From Eledone cirrhosa (lineage: Eukaryota), in contig OZ024740.1 of the NCBI GenBank assembly GCA_964016885.1, positions 99,758,001 through 99,822,000 of the forward strand: a stretch of 64,000 nt of DNA, written 5' to 3'. Made by a program: the position numbers and the translations under genes. Positions 55,798 through 64,000 of this stretch are shown one piece after another (positions within the stretch are counted from its first letter, which is position 1; every line of letters begins with the position of its first letter). The notes below the pieces were generated by a model that made no database searches, was not told the DNA's origin, and was given only the letters and a program-made list of their open reading frames with translations.

Positions 55798-56121
55798 ATA
55801 ATAATAATAATAATAATGATTTGTTTATTGGCCACAAGGGCTGACATCAGGAAAAACATTACAGACGGCACAGAACGGTACAGCACGGTACGATGTGGGT
55901 TTTGTGCGTGTAAATATTTTTATTATTTATATAAAAAAAGATAAAAAATGACATAGAAACATATATATATATAAACAATAAAAATGAAAATTGAAACAAT
56001 GAAAAATTCCCCAATAGGGGGGAAACCTGCGAGGGTTACTCGTGGCGAAAACCACACAAAAGACCACGGCCACCCTGACCACCAGGGCAAGCTCCCTCTC
56101 TCAATTTTTCCATCTCTCAAA

Positions 56122-59100
56122 CTACAGACGTATATTCATAGTGGTCCCGTTCACTCGGACCATTCTCGCTACATTCACCCACCTTTCAACAAACTTGCTA
56201 GAAAGCAGCACTTGCCTCTCCACCCTGATTTTCCTCTTCAAGTGAAACTTGAAAAAGTTAATTAGAGATTCGCCGAAGAGGAAATTGTCTGTCTTTAACC
56301 CTTTTAACCTTGTCCACCACACAATCTCTTTCGCCATGACCACCAGGCAGATGAAAACCGCCTGCCCATCCTCCTCGAAGGAAGACGGCGAGACGATCTG
56401 CACAATGGACTCAGTCGACAACCGGATCAGTCCCACACGCGACAGCAACTGTTCGACATAGCTCCACAAGTCAGCAATGCTCGGGCACTGAACGAGTGCG
56501 TGCATGGCGGTTTCGTCGCTCTACGCGTATCTCGGACAGGCTCGGCTGAAGGCACTTCCGTGCCTGTAGAGTTTATCTCGAACCGGCAGCGCTCCCCGGT
56601 GTAGCACTGCCAGGCCAGGGATTTTTTGAAGTTATCCATAGGCCCCGGGCTGAAAATTCTCCGGAAGAAAGCAAACAGCTGATCTTCTTCGACGCCCAGG
56701 ATCTCTCCGAGAATGTCGTCGCACTTCCCCTCCACTAGTCCTCTATAGAACGCCGAGGTGGATGTTCCACCGATACTGGTACCCAGCTGGGAGAGGGAAG
56801 TGAGCGCCTGGAGACATTCCTGTTTCCAAGCGCTATCCCTCGGTCTTTTCCTCACCCTGGACTGCAGTTCCATCAAGGAGACGAGCTGTGGGAAAACGTG
56901 CCTGGCGAACGGCCACCACATCTGTTAACGTCAAGGAAGCACCAGATATGTCGCAGCCTCAGCGCATGTTTGCGGATCATCAGCCATGGCATGCCCAGAC
57001 CCCCACGCAACGGGTGTTGACAGCAGATGGATCGTCTGACCATGGGAGCGCGTCCCTTCCACAAAAAGCGGAAGAGGAGGTGCCTCATTTTAGTGAGAGT
57101 TGGGCTGGAGCAAGGGACGACGGTGAGGCGGTAGCAGATGACAGATGCGATGTACGCATTCGCCACCTCCGCCCAGCCTTTCAGGGACAGCTTCCTCTCG
57201 TCCCATTTCTGGGTGAGGGAGGCCACCATGCTCGTCACCTCGTTCCAGTTTTTCTCCATTCGGTCCGAACCAGACCCCGAGCAATTTAACCGGTCCGTCG
57301 GTCCAACACCCCACGACGCTGTCGGACGGCATGGACTTGCCTCTCCAGGTGCCGAGCTGCAGCCCACCGACTTTTCCTGGTTTATCTTTGCTCCTGTCAC
57401 CGCTTCGTATTCTTTGAGAACGGTGCCGAGCATCTGGACGTGTCTGGTGCACGACACTACCACGGTGACCTCGTCAGCGTCAGCCGACTCGGATTTCCCG
57501 CATCCTAGTTCGCGTTGGACGCCCCTCATCGCCCACAGTTTGTGCAGTGACGGCTCGAGAGCCAATACGTACAAGAGGGACGAGAGGGGACAACCCTGGC
57601 TGACTGAGCGCATGATGCTGAACGGCTGCGATAGGTGACCGTTCACCCTCACAACTGAGCAGATGTCGCTGTACATTGCTGAGATCCAACCCCTGAAAAC
57701 GGGCCCGAAACCGGCTGCCTCGAGGACCGCCGTCAGGTACCGATGGTCGACCCTATCGAATGCTTTGGATTGATCCAAGTTGATCAGGGCCCCACCCGTG
57801 CCATGTTCTTTAACCACCCTCTCTAAGATGTATCGCATGAGGTGGGGGTTGTCGTGTATGGATCTGTCCGGAATGGCGCAGGTCTGCGCCTCTCCCACCA
57901 GACCCTTGTCGACAATGGCCGACCTCGTTGCTAACACCTTGACCAAAATCTTGAACTCTGCGTTTAGCAGGGTTATGGGCCTGAACTTATCGATAACATC
58001 CCCCTTGTTCGGGTCTTTTCTCAGCAGCGCCACTGCTCCCCGGCTCACAAAACTGGGAATGCTCCCGTTCTGCTGCCAGTTGCATTAAACGTCTGCCAAG
58101 AGGTCACTGAACAAGTCTGGCATAAATGCATAAAACTCGAAGGGCATACCATCCAAACCTGGCGATTTACTCCTTGTGCAGTTAGCCATCGCTTCCCTTA
58201 TTTCACCGGCTGTTATTGGCTTTTCGCAACACTGTGCTGCGGTCGTCGAGTGCCGAGGCAGTCCGTCGAGGTATGCACTGAAGTCCATGCTCCGATCCGG
58301 GCCGCCGCCGCTCCCGAAGTGTTCAGCAAAGTGCTGCTGAAAAGCTTCACACATCCGCTCGGGTTCGAGCATCACGCACCCGTTTTGGTCAGACAAAGAC
58401 CGAATTGTGGCTTTGTTGCCACGTCGCGCCTCTGCCACCGGGGCCCATTGGACGGCTTTTGTCCCCGCGTGTTTCAGAGCACGCACTCTAGCTCTGACAA
58501 CGCAGCCTACGTGTTTTGCGTTGAAGAATTGGTCGAGTGCCAATCTCGCCGCAAGCACGTCGGTTGCGATGCCTGTCCTAAACGCCTCTTCTAGCTTTCT
58601 GACTAGCTCTCTCTCTACTCTATTTTCCTCTATCACTACTCCTTTGCTAAACCTAATCGACTCTACTTTAATTGCCCTTTTCAGGGCTAACCACCACCTG
58701 TTGTTGACGACTGCTCCCGTCAACGCCCGCTTAACTAATCCGCTAATCCGGTCTCTGTAGGCTTTGCGCGCCGGGAAAGACGCGTTAAGATTCCAGTAAC
58801 CAGGCCCTTGTCTATGAAGTCTGTCTATGTCGATCTCACAGATCACAAATTTGTGGTCTGTGTTGTCGATTATTTTAAATTGTGGACAACTTATACTAGC
58901 CTTATCTAGTTCTATGCAGAATACCCTATCGAGATACGACCTGGATGACCCGGGGCGGTTTGTCCATGTCCACATTAGCACATTCGGGTGATCCAGTCGA
59001 TACCTGTCGGACAGTTCAAAACGTCTGAGCAGGTTGGTGAGGCTCTTGCACCCTCCTCCCCTATCCACTAGCCCCACACTATCCCAGCGTGCCTACAAGA

Positions 59101-59533
59101 TACCGTTCCAGTCGCCCACTAACACTAAAGAGCGGGACGTTCCAAGAAAGGTCTCTAGACGTCTGAAGAAATCTGGCCGTCCTTCCCCTGTTGGGGCGTA
59201 GACGGCTACTAGCCTGAAAGCATTGCCTTCGCTGCCGGTCACGTCCAGCACCACCGACTTACCTTCTGGGTCTAGGAAGATGGCCCATATCGCGAGATCC
59301 AAGCCTCTCCGAAAAAGGACGGTGACCCCTCCCCCCGATCCTGGACGGCTGGGAGATGGTTATACATCGTAGCCACCGAAGATCGGTGCGAAGGCTTGTG
59401 CTTCGGAGATTCTGGTTTCACTGATGGCCACCACATCTATGTTTAGTGACCTGAGGTCGTTGAGCAGGGGACCCTGCTTCCAAGATGACCCCAGGCCACG
59501 TGAATTTATACTGCCTATTCTAAGTACGGCCAT
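56122..59533 (-). pseudogene. ORF2 of element C (APE-RT), frameshifted
   Basis: MAVLRIGSINSRGL, GDWN, TDH, KSPGLDG, FRPITLLN, LDQSKAFDRVDH, QGCPLS, degenerate ADADE at the YADD position. Confidence 0.93.
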
Positions 59534-59569
59534 GTTGGATGAGAAACGGGGCAAGTAAGAAAGGGTCGT

Positions 59570-61430
59570 TTACTTTGATTATGTGGTGAAGGGACAGTAA
59601 AACCGTCCCTTTCGCTGGTCATGGGTGTTTCCAAGAGGATGTCAGTGTATATCCTCTTGGTAACCGTCCCTCTGAAGTTTCCAACTGCGTTGGGGAATTT
59701 TTGTTTTAAGGGTTTGTACTGTTCTATTGAGATTTCGATGATGCTTATGTTTGTCGGGAGAGTTCTTGGTGTTGGTGGGGTGTAGTAGGTTTTATCTGTG
59801 ATGTCTGTGTGCTGCTTTATATATTCTATGAGTTATTTTTTTGCCATGTTCATGGCTCTGTACTTTTTTAGGGGAGGGGTGATTTTGTTTCTGTTTTCTT
59901 CTTGTTGCTGTTTGGTGTGTGTGTCTTGTTGTGTTTGCGTTGTTGGTGTTTTATGGTGATGCTGGTGGTGGTGTGGTTGTTGTTGTCAGTGGTGCTTGTG
60001 GTGGTGGTGGTGTTGCTGCAAGTTTCTTTATTGCCTTTACCCCTCTTTGTATGCTTTCGCTTTTGGAGGGTGAATCTAAGGTTTTTTTTTGTTTTTTGTT
60101 TTTTTCTGGCAGACCGCTTGCCACGTCACTCCCGCCTCAAACTCCATGTCGGATTCTGTGGCGTCGGAGGGGTATGTGCTCCACGGCTGTTGTTGGTGGT
60201 AGTGGAGCCCTCTTCGGCAATTCTGTTGCTGGTGTAGCTATTTCAAATGTAGCTATTGGTGTTGCCGCTACTGATGATGCTGCTTTAGTTATCCGTGGCC
60301 TTGGTACGGGTGCTACGGACGTTGCCCTCCTACTCACCGTTGAAGGGGTTTCTTCGTTTGTTGCCTGCCCTGCTCTTGGTAGCAGCGGACTGGGTATTGG
60401 AAGGAGAGGGGCCTTCTTCGCTGTCTTCTGCGGGCAAAAGGCCCTGAGGTGACCCTTTGACCTACAGAGATAACATTTTGGCCGTCTTCCTTCTACACCT
60501 ATAGGGAGTTGGAGTCCTTCTTCGATGTCTGTGATATCGGGGATAGCGTCGATACATGCCTGGTCAGTTTGTATAAGCATTTGCATGCCTATACCTGACC
60601 AGTTCTCTCTCCCTATTTTTTCTACTTGCAGCATGGTCGTCCTGTTCTCGATTCCAGCAAAGCCAGACGCAGCCAGCCAAGGTATGGGCACGTCCGGTGG
60701 GACCTGGGTCACTTTGACCCTCACAATTTTCTGCCCGCAGTAGGAGGGCACCAAGACTATCTCCTTACTATTTAGGGTTTCCAAAGAGTGAAACTTTGCT
60801 TCCTGGTGGCTGGCGAAAAGTACGTCTACTGTGGCGTACTTTCTGCCTCGGGTGATGTGGATTTTGCGTGCCCAGACGCACCCCAAGGCCTTTTAGATTT
60901 AAGCCTCCGTGGCTCTCTCCACTCGATGTGAGATTTTGCTTACGGTGCGGTAAGTCACCGTCCGTAGCTGCTGGTCCTTGAAAAAATCGGGTGGAGGTTT
61001 CAGGGAAACTCTATTGGCGCTTCTTGTCACTATGGTCCTTGCGTCTGCCATCTCCTCCTCTGTGACTAACACTGTCTCGATATTTCGGGCGACACCTGCA
61101 AAAGAAGTGGTCCCTTCTTCAGCAGCACCACTATTGCTGCCGGTACTGGTCTTACTGGTGGTGCTGAGATCGCTATTACAGGTATCGGTGTCATTGTTGT
61201 TCTTTTCGCTGGTACAGTTGTTGGTGTTGTTTTCGTTGATACTGTTGCTGCTGTTACTGTTATTGTGGCTGTTGTTATTATTGTTGTTTTTGTTGATACT
61301 GTTCCTACTATTATTGTTGTTGTGGCTGTTGTTATTGTCATTGTTATTGTCGTTCTCGACCTTACCGCTGTTATTTTTGTTATTGTCGTTCTCGACTTTA
61401 CCGCTGTTATTTTTGTTGTTGCTGTTGTTA
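59570..61430 (-). pseudogene. ORF1 of element C (N-rich N-terminus, CCHC knuckle)
   Basis: EGRRPKCYLCRSKGHLRAFCP; LVPSYCGQ and FA.VA motifs shared with ORF1 of A. Confidence 0.8.
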
Positions 61431-62369
61431 TTAATAATAATAAAAAATAATAATATAAGAGAAGAATACGCACATGGCAGATAGAGTGTTATGGAATCGT
61501 TCACGTAAGTCTTTGATTTTTTACATATTTAAAACAATTGTGATAGAATAATTATTATTACAAATGGGACATAAGACACCAGTCTTCTCTGAGGAAGTGA
61601 CAATACATAACAGTCTGGCATATGGCTCAAATATTTAATTTTTTATCAGAAATGTTATAGTCAAAAAAGAAAATGGTTACAAATCGTCACAAATGGAAGA
61701 AAACAACAGCCAAATAATTTCACCACCAACACCATCACCACCGCCGCCACCACTACCACTACCACGAAATTTAGCTAGAGACAAACCAACAGCAGCAACA
61801 AAACCATCACTACAGTACTACTACCCCATCACCACCGTCACCACTCCATCATCGCTACCACCACTATTCTCTCACTACCTCCTGTTAAGAGAGGGAAGGT
61901 AGTAGTGCCACTACACATGACTAGAAAGGAGGAAGTTACCAAAAGATATAAATAGACTGATTTAGTGTCCCGGTCAAACATAGCTAACAACACCATAATA
62001 ATTATTGTCGTTGTATTTGTAAACCCTAACAAAATGTTTAGTTTAAACGATGTCAAATAATAATAATAATTGTTTCTATAAGCAACAAGTCGAAAAATTA
62101 CAGAACAGAACACAGACAAAACATCAAAAGAAAAACAAATTTCAAAAGTTTTGAACGCAACACCCCTACCTCCCTCGTTGCTATGACTACCAGCTTAGCG
62201 TAGCTAACATCAAAAACAGCAGCAGCAGCAACAACAACACTAGTAACCGATGTTACTGGCCTTGAAAAACAAATAAAAAAATAAAAACTAAGTCAGACAT
62301 TCAAACATTACAATGAAACTTGTTTATTTGTTCATGTTTTTATTTATTTATTTGTTTATTTATTTTTGT

Positions 62370-64000
62370 TCGTCTACAGCGTGATGGTGCCACACTAAAA
62401 TCACACTAAAATCACACTGAAATCACCGGTGGTTATGTAACCATACATTCACCAATCCTCGATATGAGTATTTAAATGTCGAACCTAAACAGTTCGAATA
62501 ACGGTGAAAAGGAGACTGAAACGTTATGTGAAAGACTCTCACCCAGCAAGTGCTCCCTGGCCCAGCAGCAGGGACCTGGCTGTCATCCAAATACTGCTGG
62601 TGTTGGAAGAAGAAAAAGGAAAGGGACAAGAACCAACTGGACGAAAGAATTGAATGGGGCTGTCATGAAATGTTACCTGAGAAGTAAACCCATGGAAAAG
62701 GGCTATAGGAAACGGATGCATAGCATCTGGAACGAGATTGGTCTATTTAAATTAGATGAACAAAAATTTGCCGGGCAGGCTCGGGTAATAAGAACTAATG
62801 GATCGATAAGTGAGCTGGAACTGGAGGAACTGAGCAGAGAGATTAGGTTGGAAATGGAGAGTGGAATATGTCAGGCAAACGAGCCAGTGGGAAATGAAGG
62901 TGAAGAGGTTGCGAGAACGGAGGAAGCATCCAAAGCAGACAATGATCTGAATGCTGAAATAAATAACATCTGGAACAGATACGGCCATTGAGGAAATGAA
63001 TACTGACGGGCTAGGACAAGATTTGGTTGATATCCTGAACTTAGTGGTAGATGAAATGAACAATGATAGTGGAAAACCTATGAATCTAACATTTGTAGAC
63101 AGGAAAACGTTAAGAGAAACAACAGCTAAGGTAAACAAAGTCATCCCATATTTTGAGGCGAGGAACCTTCACCAATGCAACAATATCCTCAAAGCAACCG
63201 CAAATGCGGTGAGGAAATTACTTGGAATAAAAACGAGAGAAAACAACAAACAAGAAAGATCAGAACCTTGGTGGAAGAAACGATTGAATGGTCAAATCAA
63301 GGAAATGAGAAAAGATATTGGAAAGCTTGCGTTCTTACTGAATAGGACATTACAAAACATAGACACTAAAGACAGATTGAAAATAAAACACAAAACTAGG
63401 GGGGAAAAGCTAAATATTATCATAAAGGAACTGAAGCAACGCATTGTAGCAAAAAGTGCAAAGATTAGGCGGTATGAGAACAGAGTCAGTCAGTATAGAC
63501 AGAACAGCATGTTTGACAACAACCAGAAGATGTTGTTTGGACAGCTTGAAGGGAAAGAAAGAGGCAACGATGTGATCATTGAGGCGGAACAGTCTAAGAC
63601 ACTCTGGTGAGGAATATGAGAGCAGGATGTTGAACATAATAGGCAGGCAGTGTGGATTGAGACAGTTCAAAAAGAGATTAGTGAACAAGCACACCAACAA
63701 CCTGATTTGAGTATCATAGTTGAAACTCTTAAAGGGCAGGCCAAAAAACTAACCAACTGGAAATCACCAGGCCCAGATGGTGTGCAAGGGTATTGGATTA
63801 AAAATATAACATCCCTCCACCCGAAACTGACATCCATGTTCAATGACTGCTTGATGTCGGGTGAAGTACCAGAGTGGTTGACAAAAGGTACCACAATCTG
63901 GTAATAAAAGACCGAATCAAGGGTAATGATGTTACCAACTATAGGCCTATCACATGTCTGTCCGTAATGTGGAAACTGTTAACAAGCATTGTGTCTGAGG
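62370..64000 (+). mobile_element. 5' part of an R4/Dong-like non-LTR retrotransposon (pseudogenised, continues past the window)
   Basis: WTKELN.AVMKCY..S.P...GYRKRM..IW...EQ..AGQARVIR.N...SELELE; PWWKKRL..QI..MRKD; ELKQRI.AKS.KIRRY..R..QYRQN.MF; NWKSPGPDGVQGYWIK; NYRPITCL...WKLLTSI. Confidence 0.8.

Larger units (their letters stand above)
55816..61430 (-). mobile_element. L1/Tx1-like element C (diverged sister family)
   Basis: ORF1 and ORF2 homologous to those of A; AAT repeats at 55797-55817 and ~61433-61455. Confidence 0.93.

Noticed and set aside
49130-61484. Plus-strand ORFs over the LINE array
   Set aside because: Antisense shadows of GC-richer LINE coding sequence

Overview
This is AT-rich, microsatellite-saturated eukaryotic (animal) DNA with no recognisable host gene. 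The abundant short SINE resembles octopus/cephalopod repeats (an inference). Nearly everything interpretable is mobile DNA: (i) a complete but frameshifted Ty3/Gypsy LTR element (6530-11795, -; TSD AGCT); (ii) Penelope-like elements (PLEs), namely an RT+GIY-YIG copy with an inverted pseudo-LTR (31146-35829), a GIY-YIG-only copy (3592-5570) and an N-terminal fragment (1-300); (iii) Helitron derivatives (21851-22745; tandem pair 39773-42478); (iv) a head-to-tail array of three L1/Tx1-like LINEs, each bounded by (AAT)n (48931-61430, -); (v) the 5' part of an R4/Dong-like LINE (62370-64000, +); (vi) tRNA-type SINEs and old MITEs. The most striking hidden signal is a dense set of about 20 type I hammerhead ribozyme motifs, from roughly 15 different-looking sequence families, in the first 45 kb. 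They lie in short modules between (TA)n tracts, mostly read toward the nearest tract, and often form fold-back palindromes. Many have minimal self-complementary stem III loops, and two families carry variant cores (CAGAAGA, CCGAAGA). All motifs and coordinates were read by eye; activity is untested.
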